Source: Massalongia carnosa
Lineage: Eukaryota
Length of the DNA: 64,000 nucleotides
Assembly (NCBI GenBank): GCA_965645245.1
Contig: OZ287070.1
Location: forward strand, 3,038,001 to 3,102,000
Direction of reading: 5' to 3'
Part shown: in pieces, positions 11,701 through 24,518 of the stretch
Position numbering within the stretch: position 1 is the first letter of the stretch
How the letters are laid out: each line of letters begins with the position of its first letter
Notes under the pieces: generated by a model
What the model saw: the letters and a program-made list of their open reading frames with translations, nothing else
What the model was told of the DNA's origin: nothing
Database searches by the model: none
Made by a program: the position numbers and the translations under genes

Positions 11701-14700
11701 TTGCGATTGCCCATCACTGGTACCAAAAAGGTCTCCTGGCCTCGTTGAGTGACTATTGTTTGCTTATATGTGTCTTCCGGATGAACGCGCCATTGATAGA
11801 AGAAAGAATTCGCGTCTAGGACAGAAATGTGAGTACATCCACGAAGGTCTGCTATGACATCACTTTGTAGATGGACCGGGTAGGCATCAGGAACCAGAAG
11901 ATCATTCAGGCCTCTGATGTCTACGACGGCACGGCCTTTCCGGACGTCACCGATTTTCTTCCAAACGACAAAAACAGGGTAGCTGAATGGAGTATGCGTA
12001 TTGGTCCATATTAATCGTCCTTGTCGATGCATTTCGTCAAAGGTTTTATCTACTATTTCTCTGTCTTCTATTCCCAGGGGATAGACCTTGGATTTTCCAG
12101 AGACTTTCGACTGCCAATCCTCGCGAAGGGGTAGCTTCATCCACTGGTTCATAGGAACATCAATGAAGCCTTCGTCCTTCCATAGTGAGGGAAACTCGTC
12201 TACCAGGTCTGAATAGGCCCTGGTGGCTATCGTGTCGCCATAGGTCATGACACCGTTGGCTAGCTTTGTCTCATACTTGTTGCAATATGCTGTGGTAGCT
12301 ACCTTAATGAAATTTTCTGGGGGAAATGATGAAAGACTTGGAGTAGGTAGATCCATAGTAACAGCAGTCAGAAATGCTGCTGCTTTAAATGCTTTTTTGA
12401 ACCAACTTGCCTTTGGTGGTTTGGTGGCAAGGTCTTTGTCAGCTATGTGAAAACATTCGTTATAGTGGACCTCGGAGACCTGTCCGAGGCGGAATTTTCT
12501 TGGAAGTTCCACTGGTATAGGCGAGTCGTTTCGGACTACGATTTCTGCAGTAAGTGCATCTACGAGGTGATAGTACAAAGTTACATTTGCTTTATCGGTA
12601 GGTTTAAAAAGAAAGTCTCTGTCTGCTGGTAAGATCATGTTGACAGGGACTTTTAACTCAGCACCTGGGGTGACGGTAACAGCGGACTTTGTGCGAACGG
12701 TCTTTCTGATGAACGTTCCACGAGGTCTGACCTGAAGGCTGATGTTTACATCACAGCTACCGATGTAAGCCTTTTCTTGTTTATATCATAACAAATTCTT
12801 CTGGTCCAAGTACGTCGTTTCCGATCAGCATATTGGCCTTGAGACCATCCGCTATGTGGATTTCACGGGTGATACAGGCCAGAACCGACGTTCCATCGGA
12901 CGCCTTTGAGGCCGGCATGTAGAATGGAACCAAAATGTACTCCTTTGTTTCATGCGTATTGGAACCAATACCTCGAACTCGTAGCGGATTTGCCATAAGA
13001 TGAAGCTTAGCGTTAGGAATGTCTCTGCTAATCCACTCTCGATCTCCCAAAGTGGAACCACAACCAGTGTCCAGACAGCAATCGGTGGATGGACCTTCCG
13101 GGGTAAACTTTATCGCTCCCTCGATGAAGTTCCAGTTACGAAAGCCTAGTCCAAAACCGAGGTTTTCTGTAGAAGCCTTGGATGTGACTATGATAGGAGT
13201 AGTGGTAGTGGTGTCTGCTACGGAAGTAGCATAGACGTTCGATCCGTGTTCATTCCCTTTGTCAACTGACAGTTTGTTAGAAGTGAAATTTGCAAATTTT
13301 TTCAAGGTTTTTGAGGCAGGCGATGTCCTGGAACATCCAGACCGTAGGTGTTTGTGTAGTTTGTTCTTCGATGGAAAGGATTCCTGACAGTTGCTGCAGG
13401 AAGAGTCTATGCCGACAAACCAAGCGAAGTCCTCGGGTTCCTCTGGTGCATCCTGCTCTGCATAGAACATCTCGTTCCCATGCTCATCATACCTAGCGAA
13501 ATTTACCGGCATGTTCTCTGGCTCGACTGAGGATGTTCCGGGGCTCTCCTGCAATCTTCGTCGTCTTCAACTGAAGCCTGATACGCCGTCCTATAGCCAC
13601 CTTGCTTTTGTTTGTTTCCTCCTCTTTGATTGCGGTAGTTTAACCTTGGATATCCCTGTGCAGGACGGTCTGGTTTTGATGAGGAAGCTGATGCGTTTGA
13701 CACGTTGGGTGTAGCCGTTATGGCGAGAGGGGTTCGACCGGTGACTTGTAAGGCAGGACCTTGCTGGAACTGCTGTTGATTGTTAGGACCATTCCATTGT
13801 TTGTAGGAGGGACTGTTCTGCCAGTTGGCGGATCGGGGCTGGTAATTCCAACTTTCTGATGAACTACTAAAGAAATGCCTTTATTGACCGATGTTGAACT
13901 TACTAGCTAACTTGTTGATTCGGTTGTTAGGCCTGATGTCGTAAGTACGATCAGGTTTGGAGAATCCAGGCGTCTTCTGCTGGCGAGAGGCTAGTTCCCA
14001 CCAGATGTGTTTATGATCATCTAGGAGCGAAGGAAACTATCTAGATCAGTGGCTACGTTAGGTAATGGAAGATCTCTCTGGAATTCCACATCCAAGCCGT
14101 TGTAGATGAGGAAGATGTGATTAGCGGTGGAGCCAAGTTCGGCCGATTTAGCTGCACGAAGCATGGTGGCAGCGTACTCTCTGGGCTCTCGATGTTGACG
14201 AGCATCTTCCATAGTGTACTTACCTTTGATTACAGCCGCCATGGCGACGTTGGGTGCCTCTTTGAACCGCTTGTGAAGCTGGGTTGTCCAATGATCAACC
14301 CCAGGACCATAATCTTACCAAAAGCTTAGCTTCGTCAGATAGCTCGGCTGTGTACCATTGTAGAGCTACGCCTCTAAGGCATGTGAACAGGTTTTCTCTG
14401 ATCAACTGGTCACCCTTGATGGCGGAAATATCTTTTACCCTTTCTATGAATAGATGAACATCTCTAAAGTATGTGTCTTTTCCAACATGCTCAATGGAAC
14501 TTCCAGTATTGGAAGACTTATCATCGTACATGGGGTCAAAGAAACCTACGTCTGCTGCATTCCACCTTGGTTGCCCTGGTGCAGATCCATCGACCTCTGG
14601 CTGGGGGCCTTGGGGACCAGGTGGACCAGGCGGTCCACGCACTGGTGGGTTTTGCCGGTAGTAATCTGCTACGGCAGCGGCTATCATAGCTTGGAGAGCA

Positions 14701-15266
14701 GCGTTATCCATGATAACGGCGGGCTGATTGATATGACTTCTGGAACTTTCTGGTCTTCCGAACTCCACGTCGGCCGAGGTCTGTCTTGTGTTTGGGGCAG
14801 TGAGAAGACCAAGTAGATGATCTCGGATTTCCGGAGTAGGTTCCTCCACTGGTGTATTGGCTCTGACCGGGGTGCCACCTACGGAAGGAGAAAGGTCAAG
14901 GTCGAGGTAGTGTAGCAACTGAGGTGTCTCTCGGAAACTCCTTGTTTGGTCAGAAAAGTTTAGAACTACCCTTCGAAGGGCCGCAGAGTCTGACTTCCAA
15001 CGAAACGGGTAGTTAGCGGGGACCTGAGATCTAGCACGACCTGATCGGAGGGCAAGGCCTGATGATGATTCCTCCGGACTTCTGTAGCTGTGGACTATAT
15101 ACTGAATGGTTCGTTCAATGCGAAGGATGTCCGAGCTAAAGCCGTATTCCTTACGGTAATGAAAGAATTGATAGGCTAACAGAATAAGGTCTTCTGAAAG
15201 AGGTGGAGGTGAACCTTGTGGAGGGAAAACAGAGGAGAATTGGGAAGCCAGGTTGGGCCTCGCCAC
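8781..15266 (-). pseudogene. Gypsy B gag-pol, broken by frameshifts and stops
   Basis: Protease LDTG, RT YIDD, RNaseH LDAS and YWPTELE, integrase HHCC/DDE, chromodomain and terminal AT-hook KRGRGRPRK. Confidence 0.92.
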
Positions 15267-15372
15267 GGTGAATTCAACCGAGGTGAGCTTTGGCAGGAAG
15301 ACTGGTTGAAGTGCTACTTCTGGTGGAGGACTCCTCCTGGTGATCTATACAGTAATCAATGGTACTGCGAGA

Positions 15373-15383
15373 CAGTGCTACCA
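15373..15383 (-). promoter_or_regulatory. Gypsy B primer-binding site, probably tRNA-iMet 3' end
   Basis: TGGTAGCACTG begins 2 nt inside the 5' LTR and resembles the Ty1/Ty3 iMet PBS (TGGTAGC...). Confidence 0.6.
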
Positions 15384-15589
15384 TTTGTAGAGGTAATCAT
15401 CATAATAAGGGTGTGTAAAAGGATGTCTATTGGGATGTGCGAGCAAGCTCGTCTATATACAGCTAATCTAGACTAGTCCCAATCTGGACCTGCTCCTATC
15501 ATGGAAGGACCAAAGAGTTAAGCCGGGCTTATCACGGAGATAAGCAAGTGTTAGAGTACGAAAGCATGCTATATTATATTATCGTGACA

Positions 15590-18500
15590 GAGTCAGTAGT
15601 CCTACATAATCCATGGAGACGTTACGCCATCTACGTTCTGGAGGGGTTAGCGGACGCAGCCAGCCTTGATAACGCTGACGAGATGGTTTTGATCTTTTGC
15701 AGGTGTGGCAATTCCGAATAAATATTTTGATGGACTGATTCATACTAGGCCACCAATGTGTTCGATTTACCAATTCGTGACATTTGGAACGGCCTGGATG
15801 TCCTCCGGCGACGCTATCGTGGGCAAGTTGAATGATACGAAGTCGTAGGCGGTCTGATCGAGGCAAATATTGTCAAGGGCCTGGATTGGATGGTCAAGCT
15901 TTCTAATTCACTGAGTCTATAGCTACAGCTAGGCTAGATTGGCTATTCAAGACGTCGGACAAGGAGCCAGAACTTTCGAGACTCGACCCCTTCTTTTATA
16001 TCTGTTCCTCACCTCCTTAGCTCTTTGTTTCCTTGATCTTCGATGTCTCCTATTCATCTCCTTTTCCTAAGTTAATACGAAGACACCTAATGGGGACCGG
16101 GTAATTATGGTTTCGAAGATCGGAGGCGGAGCCGTACTCGATCTAACCGCATCGAGAAAGGTTGGAACAGCGCGCACTGACCATTGAAGCTGTGGTAGGT
16201 CTAATGAACCTGCGGTAGGTCCAATGAACCCGCGGTAGGTCCAATAAACCCGCGGTAGTTCCAATAAACCTGCGTTAGGTCCAATGAACCTGCGTTAGGT
16301 CCAATGACCCTGCGTTAGGTCCAATGAACCCGCAGTAGCTCCAATGAACCTGTGGTACGGTAGGTAGGGACAGGATAGAGGGGCAACTAGGGATAAGGCC
16401 GATATCCTTTTGGTTCGAAGCCGTTTCATGATAAATATATCTTATTCCGAAAATATAGGACACCTTCTCTGTCTTCGCATTCTGCTAGCTGAATTTGATT
16501 ATGATATCTTTCGTTATTGCGAAGAGCTTCTAGAATTCTGGGTGCGAATTGATCTCGTGCGAGGGCTTGTTCCCAAAGAAGCTGAGTGGGAATATCCTCA
16601 TCTGGATTGATTGGGCCCTCGTTTAGCTAAGGTTCTTCGGGGTGAGGTTCTTCGTCATTTAGAATGGCGGGGGATAGAAGAATGGAAGAAAGATAGCTTT
16701 TTGCGATTTCCTCGTCTAGGTTTTCGGTTTTAAGAATAGTTTGATGCTGATATTTCCTTCGATCGTCCGTATCATCCCCTTCTCAATATAACGTCGGAGA
16801 TAAAGGCTTTTTTCAAGATCTCGAAAGCGGTTTGACATTTTTCTGTCCATCGAAATTCCGTTTCCTTTTTGGTCAGATTGGTTAGGGGGCCGGCTATGTT
16901 GCTAAATCTATACACGAATCGTCTATTAAAGTTAGCAAATCCCAAAAAGCTTTACACGTCTTTACATTGACGGGAATTGGCCAGTTCGTGACGGTTTCCA
17001 CTTTGGCCGGGTCCATCTTTATTCCCTTTGTGGTCACAATCAGCCCTAGGTATGCAGATTCGGTCACGTGAAATTTGCACTTGGTGATATCGGCCTGCAG
17101 ACCAGCGTCTCGAAGTCTGGAGAGTATTTTTTTGACGTGTGTCTCGTGTTCTAGCTCATTATCGCTCTAGATGAGAATGTCATCTAAATAGGCCGTGCAG
17201 AAGTCGTCAAGATACTCGCGAAGGGTGTCATTGATAAAATGTTGAAAAGAGGCGGGTCCGTTGCACAGACCAAATGGCAGGACCAGAGACTCGAACAGGC
17301 CAAAACGAGAGCGAAATGCGGTGAGTTCTTCATCACCTTCTTTTATTCGAAGCCTGTTGAAGGCGGCGATGATGTCTAGCTTGGTGAAAATCTTGGCTCT
17401 AGACAATCGATTTAGTGTCTCGGCGATCAGAGGTAGCGGATAGCGATTCTTTATCGTGATGGCATTTAGACCTCGATAGTCAACACAAAAGCGAAGTCCT
17501 CCTCCGGGCTTTTTGACGAACATTACTGGTGAGGCAGCGTGAGAGCGACTAGCTCTAATAAATCCTTTGCCTAAATTCTTATCTAGATAGCGACGAAGCT
17601 CCTCGATTTCATTGCGACTCATTCCATATAGAGCCTGACTAGGGGCCTGAGTGCCTTCTTTTAACTTGATGGCATGATCGTACGGGCGATGATCGGGTAG
17701 GATGTCAGAGTTTTTCTTTGAAAAAACATCTAGGAAGTCGTGATATTGCTTGGGCAAAAAAGGAGCTGGATCGACGTTTTTTCTTTCCCGATATTCGTCT
17801 AATTCCTCCTGGGTAACGGTTGCGTGCAAGGTTAGGGCTTTATTCATTTTGAATAGGGCTAGATGGATTTCCTTTTCACTGAGACTCGACTGGGGGGACA
17901 ATGGTTGATAACTTGGGCTGGGACTAGAATTGATAACCAGGCTGGGACTTTGATTGAGAGCTAGACTGGGAACTGGGCTAGGTGAGGCTTCCATTCCTAA
18001 GAAGCGATCGATTTCTTTCATCGAAAGAACAAAGATATCGTGATATTTCTTCCGACTTAGTCGGTTGAAGGAGGCGGCTTCGATTTCGCAGACGTTTAGC
18101 TGCAGGCTAGGGATGTTTTTGCGTGCTTTCTGTTCGGCACGTCTTTGAGTAGATGTACGAAGTGAACAAGGACTTCTATATCGAATTTTCGGAGTGAGTC
18201 CTTGCTGAATTGTCTTCTCGATACAGCTCGGTTCATCATTTGATAGGGGCTTGATTTGTTTAGTTGAAGAGGTATTTTTTTTCTCTTGTTTCAGGAAAGT
18301 TTTCAAGGTACTGATAATTTGCATGGACATGATGTCTTCGAAAACTTTCTTGACTGAGTTGGCATCCTCAGCATCCCAGCCTTTCTGACTTTCGACTGGG
18401 GTGAGGAATTCTTCCTCGATGGCATGAATCTTGACAGGATGGGGGCAACAATGAGTGAGGCAGAAAGGAGAGGCAAAGGTGAGGGTATTGTTTTAAAAAT

Positions 18501-19031
18501 CAGCTATAGCATTGTGCCGTCCAAGCCATGGGTGACCCAGGACAATTGGGTAATGTTTTAATCCGGTGACAAATAGAAAAAATCTTTCTACATGACCTTC
18601 TAGGTCCATGATAATTTCGGCCACCTTGGTGATGTTTCCGGACAGGGCTGCCTGGCCGTCAAATCCTTCAAGGCGTCGAGGATATTTGAGGGGATGAAGG
18701 GGGATTTGATGAGTTTGTGCAAAGTTTTCATCAATAAATGAGTAACCAGATGCACCACAATCGACAAGGTTAAATGTTTTAATTCTGAATCTAGATAAAC
18801 GTAAAGTACAGGCAACTACCATGTGGCTGTCTTTGAACGTTTTATCTGATTCGAACAGCTCCAAAGCGGACGCTACGGAAAATCGAGTATTAGACCTTAG
18901 AAAAGGGTAAAATGGGTCGGCCATCAAACAAGAAGAGATGAAAACGGGAGGTCCCCGCACGCGACTAAGCGCAGAGACTAGGCTTTTTCCTGATTGTTAT
19001 CAGGACCCTCGGGGATGAGATCCATAGTTCG
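15590..19031 (-). pseudogene. Gypsy A gag end, protease, RT and integrase N-terminus, with RNase H deleted
   Basis: LVDCGAS, YLDD and GGHPG...CHTC. Collinear with G 59000-62360 apart from a solo LTR and a ~0.4-kb deletion. Confidence 0.9.
15871..16433 (-). repeat. Solo LTR of family A inserted in A's own pol
   Basis: Same sequence as the A LTRs. TSD AATAT. The end is mutated to TGATA. Confidence 0.92.
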
Positions 19032-19371
19032 TGTTGAAATAGGTATATGACTATGGCTATATGGCTATGTAATAATAAAGGTATGTATGACCGTGATGTT
19101 AAGGATGAAGAGTTGCTATGCAGCAATCTTTTCCTATTACTGGTCACCCTTCTAAGCGAGGTGATCTTATCTTATCTTGGGACTAAGCCTAATGCGGCAT
19201 CTACGGTTTCCGTAGATCATCTGTCCATCTAGGGCAGCCGTAGGTGCTATGTTCATTGAACTGATAGGTGTTCATTGTGCTGGTAGGAATTGGATATTCA
19301 ACACCCCCCCTCAAGTCCTACCAGTACTTGTTTCCATCGTAGATTCAACCGTGATTGAACTTCTTAACCTC

Positions 19372-22300
19372 TCATGTCTGTTTGTCCATGTTGAGCTGTC
19401 TGATAAAGGAGAAGAACTTGACGTGCGTAAGGGGTTTTGTCAGTCCATCTGCAAACATGTCTTCGGTCGGAACATAGGTGAGGTCGATTCTTCCTTCTAG
19501 CACCTCGTTTCGTATGAAGTGGTGCTGAATGTCGATATGCTTGGTCCTGGAGTGTAATACGGGATTATTGGCCAGTGCTATGGCGCTTTGGTTGTCGCCT
19601 TTCAATGCAATTGTGCCTTCTCCTCTTAACACGTTTATTGTCGGGGATCCGTCATCAGAAGTCATCAATCCGAGTTCAGTTATCAGTAAACGTAGCCATG
19701 TAGCCTCCTTTGCTGCTAAGGCGAGTGCATATACTCTGCTTCGGTTGATGACAATGCGACGGTCGTTTGTCTTTTGGAACACCAGCTTATTGGTCCATTG
19801 TTCAGCATGAACACATAACCCGAGGTGGATTTTCGCTGCTCTTTGTCTCCGGCCCAGTCAGAGTCAGAATATCCTTGTATACATAAATCTCCCCCACCGA
19901 AGGTGATGCCTCTATTCTTGGTACCGCTAAGGTATCTGAGAATGTGTTTGGCCGCTTCCATATGTGTTTTGCCTGGATTCTTTGCATGGCGACTGACTAC
20001 GGACGTTGCGAAAGCTATGTCTGGCCTGGTTTCTATCATTGCGAACATGATGGATCCAACCATGGTTTGATATTGCTTTATATCCTTGTCGGAGGCCTGA
20101 GATTCATTGATGAAGAGACCGCCTTCTCGCATGGGAGTGTTTGTTGTCTTTGCGGTTTGCATATGGAATCTTTCCAATACCTTCTCGATATAGGCTGGTT
20201 GAGATAGCTTTATGGTTTTGTTGACTCGATCTCGTTCGACTTTGAGGCCTAAATAGTAGCTGATTGGTCCCATGTCTACCATCTTGAAAGCTAGCTTGAG
20301 CTGTTTCTTGACTTCGGTGATCATCGGGGAACCCTTTGGGCCTATGATGTTCAAATCGTCAACGAAAGAGGTAACAATGGGTCCTTTTATCCCTTGAGAT
20401 GTGACGAAGATGCTATGATCTGCGTGGTGTTTCTCCAGTCCTAATTTGCTCAATAGAAAAGCTGATAGTCGTTCATACCAGAGACGCGGAGACTGTTTCA
20501 AACCGTACAGGGCTTTATTCAGCCTGCACACCATGCCAGCTGTGTCATATCCTTGCGGCATGTGGACATAGATGAGTTGATCGATGAAACCGTTCAGAAA
20601 AGCTGTCACTATATCCAGTTGCTCGATGTCCAGATCATGATGGGCAGCTAACGCGAATAGCAAGCGAAAAGCCATTGGTTTGACCACAGATGCAAAGGTT
20701 TGATCGAAATCTACTCCGTATTGTTGTAGATATCCTTTGACAACCCATCTGGCTTTAAAGCGAACGATCTTTCCATTTACGTCCCGTTTCAGGTTGAATA
20801 CCCATTTGCCACTCAAGACTATATGTCCGGGTTCCATGGACTCGGTGGATAATGTATCCCAGGTGTTTTTCTCCAGCAGACTTTTGATCTTCTCATCCAT
20901 TGCCAGAATCCATTCGTTTGCGTATTTGGAGTTCATTGCTTGATGATATGTTTGTGGCTCAGCTGTGTCTGACTGAATGAACGCATCGTAGTCGTTCAGG
21001 TATGCTGCTCCCTCTATTTCCAGTTCTTTGGCCAGAAGTATGAGTGGGTCTTCTTCGTCTCTATCTGCCAGTGTGGGGATGTGTTCTGGTTCACTTAATG
21101 CCTCATTTGACAGGAGACTCAGCACTTGTGAGACATGGGCGTGTTTTCTGGGTCTACCTCGTCCACGTTTGGGGATTTCACTTATCTTGGAATTCAACTC
21201 TGGTTGGTCTTTTGAAGGAGTGGGACTGATTTCGAGTGTGGTATCTTTCTCGTTTTGAATCATTATGGAATCGTACGTGGGTAGATCGGTCCCATCTTTG
21301 AATGTGGCGTCTTCATGAATCCGTAAGTCCTTGACCCTGATGACCTTGTAGTCTTTTTCCATAAAGACGCGATAGATGGTGCTTCCGTTATATCCACACA
21401 GGATTCCTTTCTGAGCCCTCGGAGAAAATTTAGCATCCTTGCTGTTTAGTCCTTTTCGCTCTTCTTCGTGGATCAACGCATAGACTGTGGATCCGAGAAT
21501 TCTCAGGTGATCCAGCTTAGGTGACTTCTTCTCGAAGATCTCATACGGGGTTTTACCTGCCAAGGCGTTGGTTGGTCTGACGTTCTTGGTGTGAACCATG
21601 GCTAGAACTACTTCTGCCCACAAGTAGTCGGGAATGTCTCCGGCAATGACACTGCATCTTGTCATGTCCATGATGGTTCTGCCCATTCGTTCCGCGACTC
21701 CGTTTTCCTCTTGAGAGTATGGAGCAGCTGGTTCAAACGTTATGCCTTGTTCCAGGAACCAAACGTCTGACTTGTGACTGCGAAGCTCCGTACCGAAGTC
21801 AGTGCGAAAACTACTTATGGGTTTAGCCTTTCCAGATTTGTTTTGGGCCATGCTGTAGTACGTCAACAAGTGATCAAACCATTCACTCTTCTTGTGTCCG
21901 GTATAGACATGAGTGTATCTGCTAGCATCACAGGTGAAAGTGAAGAAGTAAAGTTCTTCAAGAAGTCCTGCTGGCTTGATTGGTCCCACTAGGTCAGAGT
22001 TTATCTTTTGAAAGAGCTCTGTGGCCCTCTCTTGCTGTGTTCGGTTGTATATCTTTTTGACTTTTCCCATTTCGCATGCATGGCAAAACCAACCTTGGTT
22101 GATATCGTCATCGTACGTTATGTCTAGCGTTTTCAAATATTTTCGACACGTCGGAATGTTGAGATGACCAAGCCTTGCATGCCATGTAGTGAGTTTTGAT
22201 TTGACAGATATTTGACAGATAGTGACGTCCAGTCCTTGATAGGTGTCCTCGTCCACTTTGCTCAAATGCATCCTCATATCTGGGGTGTCAACGGTCTGTA

Positions 22301-23624
22301 GCATGAAGTTGTTGTCAACTCTCGGTACGTGCCCTATGACTTTTGCAGTGGATCCCATGAACAGTCTCCAGTTTGAATTGTCATAGAAGATATCGTGTTG
22401 ATTCAGCATTCCCAAACTCACAAGGTTCACCGGACATTGAGGAATGTAGAGAACATTGTTAAGAATCAGTATCGACGAGGGTAAGCCGTCCTCCAAGATC
22501 AATGTCTTGTGAATGGTTCCTCTGCCTGGCGACGTTCCTGTGGACGTTGACCCTGCTAGATCAGTGGAGTAACTCGTATAGTCAGTGAACGAGTATCTGT
22601 GGTTGCATACGTGCATATCTGCAGCGCTGTCCAATAACCACGAGTTCTTGTTCAGATTCGTCATGGTCATGACTTTTTGCAGTCTTGTGGCCATGACCTG
22701 TGTGACTCAACTACTCACCGTTGGAATGTTGGGTGATGTATGAAGTAAGTCCGCCTTCGTTTCTGACGAGGTAGTCTTTTGTTTCTTTGCTCTTCCGGAT
22801 TCGAGCGAACTTCTATGTCTTTTTAGCTGTGGAAACTTCTGCCAACAGTTATCTGGCCAGTGACGAGTGTTCTTTCTCTCGACACATTCAGAGAAGGTGC
22901 AGGTCCCAAATGGGGCTCGACCTCTCGAGTCAGGTGTGCTGATATGAAGTGCCTTGGTGTTTTTCATGTTGACAGAATAAGCAACAATGGTCTTCATTGC
23001 TTCCGACAGGTTTGTGGTTTCGTGTGTCCAATCTCATCGAAGTTGGGCTATCAATGGGGAATAGACGTCTGTGGTGTTACCCAGCATCATTCCCTGAAGC
23101 ATGAACTCCACGGTATGCACATCCACTTTGGCCTTGTCGTCCAGCATTCCTTTAATTTTGTTTAAAGCGCTCTCGTACTCTGCACAGTATAGGCTGGTGG
23201 TCTCGAAGTCAGTCATCTTCTTAGAACTAACCTTCAGAATGATGTCGCTGATGCTCATTGGTGCTATATCTTGGAATCTATCCTTCAGGATTTTCCACAT
23301 TTCTGCCGCATTCTTGTTGTCGATGAGGCTGTAATGGCACTCCGCAACTAATCCGTGAATGATTCCTATAGCCTTGGTCATCTCGGCCTTCTGTCTATTC
23401 TTCTCGTCACGCAGCTCTTTTACCAAGATGCTGACAGAAAGACCTTTGGCGTCGAAGCCTGCTTATATTAAACCTTCCTTGATGTTTTCAGCGGTGATTT
23501 CTGATTGATTCTCTAGAATGGCTCCTTCGCAGTTATTCTTGAGCAGAATGCCCTTCGTATAGCTTGCCCATGCCGAATATCTTTCGGCCTTCTCCAAAAG
23601 ATGTGACGTATCTATGATAGACAT
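19372..23624 (-). pseudogene. Copia C gag-pol in several ORF pieces
   Basis: WLLDSAA protease, WHARLGH...CHAC, DDE, FVDD RT and YSDSDW RNase H. Integrase precedes RT. Confidence 0.92.
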
Positions 23625-24119
23625 AATGGGAGAATGGGGAGCAATTGAACAAGGCGAGAAACTTGTATAAGTAGTGACTGAAAGAATGTGGATCTGTGAC
23701 CTTTCTTATAGACAAGGAAAAGACTGTCCCTCCTTAGCCAGTGTCCACTCTGATGTCTCAACAGAGAAACCTGTTTGCTTAACATGCTTGTTTGCCATGA
23801 TGAGAATTTCAACTTAGGCTTTTTCAAGGGTCCAATTGACCAAAAGGAAATTGAGCGCAGGGTTCTTCCAATTTGATTTAACCGGCCTTGGGCCGATTAA
23901 ATAATAAGTGGCAACTGCCGCACAATCTCACCCAGTGCCTTAAGGAGGCATAATTGCCAAAAAGAAAGGTCTTTGTGCCTTCGATCAATGAGTTTACTAA
24001 GCTCTTTGATGTCCGATGGATTTTGTATTTTTGCGTGTCCAGAATTCAATCGCGGTTGAAACTGACGCTTTGATGATATTTGTACCAATGGGGCGCTCAG
24101 GCCCAGCAATATACTTTTT

Positions 24120-24518
24120 TGCCATCGACCATCGAGCTTAGCGAGCTCTTTTGGTGTCCGAGGACTTGGGTGCCTTCGACCATCGAGCTTAGCAAGGTCT
24201 TTGGTGTCCGAGGACTTGATTGCCTTCGACCATCGAGCTTAGCAAGGTCTTTGGTGTCCGAGGACTTGGTTGCCTTCGACCATCGAGCTTAGCAAGGTCT
24301 TTGGTGTCCGAGGACTTGGTTGCCTTCGACCATCGAGCTTAGCAAGGTCTTTGGTGTCCGAGGACTTGGTTGCCTTCGACCATCGAGCTTAGCAAGGTCT
24401 TTGGTGTCCGAGGACTTGATTGCCTTCGACCATCGAGCTTAGCAAGCTCTTTGGTGTCCGAGGACTTGGGTGCCTTCGACCATCGAGCTTAGCAAGCTCT
24501 TTGGTGTCCGAGGGCTTC
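24120..24518. repeat. Tandem array of about 8 x 50 bp in the Copia C 5' leader
   Basis: Unit TGCCTTCGACCATCGAGCTTAGCAAGGTCTTTGGTGTCCGAGGACTTGGT at 50-bp period. Confidence 0.95.

Larger units (their letters stand above)
8531..15589 (-). mobile_element. Gypsy B, full length, inserted in the A integrase
   Basis: 204-bp LTRs at 8531-8734 and 15386-15589 with about 3 differences. TSD GAGTC. PPT adjacent to 8735. Confidence 0.95.

Noticed and set aside
14580..14640. GPPGPPGPQGPQ collagen-like stretch
   Set aside because: Only about four triplets in a gag low-complexity linker, not a captured gene.
19047..19232. Duplicated small ORFs (also 24787-24972, 54352-54540 and 56865-57053)
   Set aside because: They lie inside LTR copies, so the duplication reflects the LTRs and not genes.
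24120..24518. Regular array resembling CRISPR
   Set aside because: Units are head-to-tail with no unique spacers, there are no cas genes, and the context is a eukaryotic TE leader.
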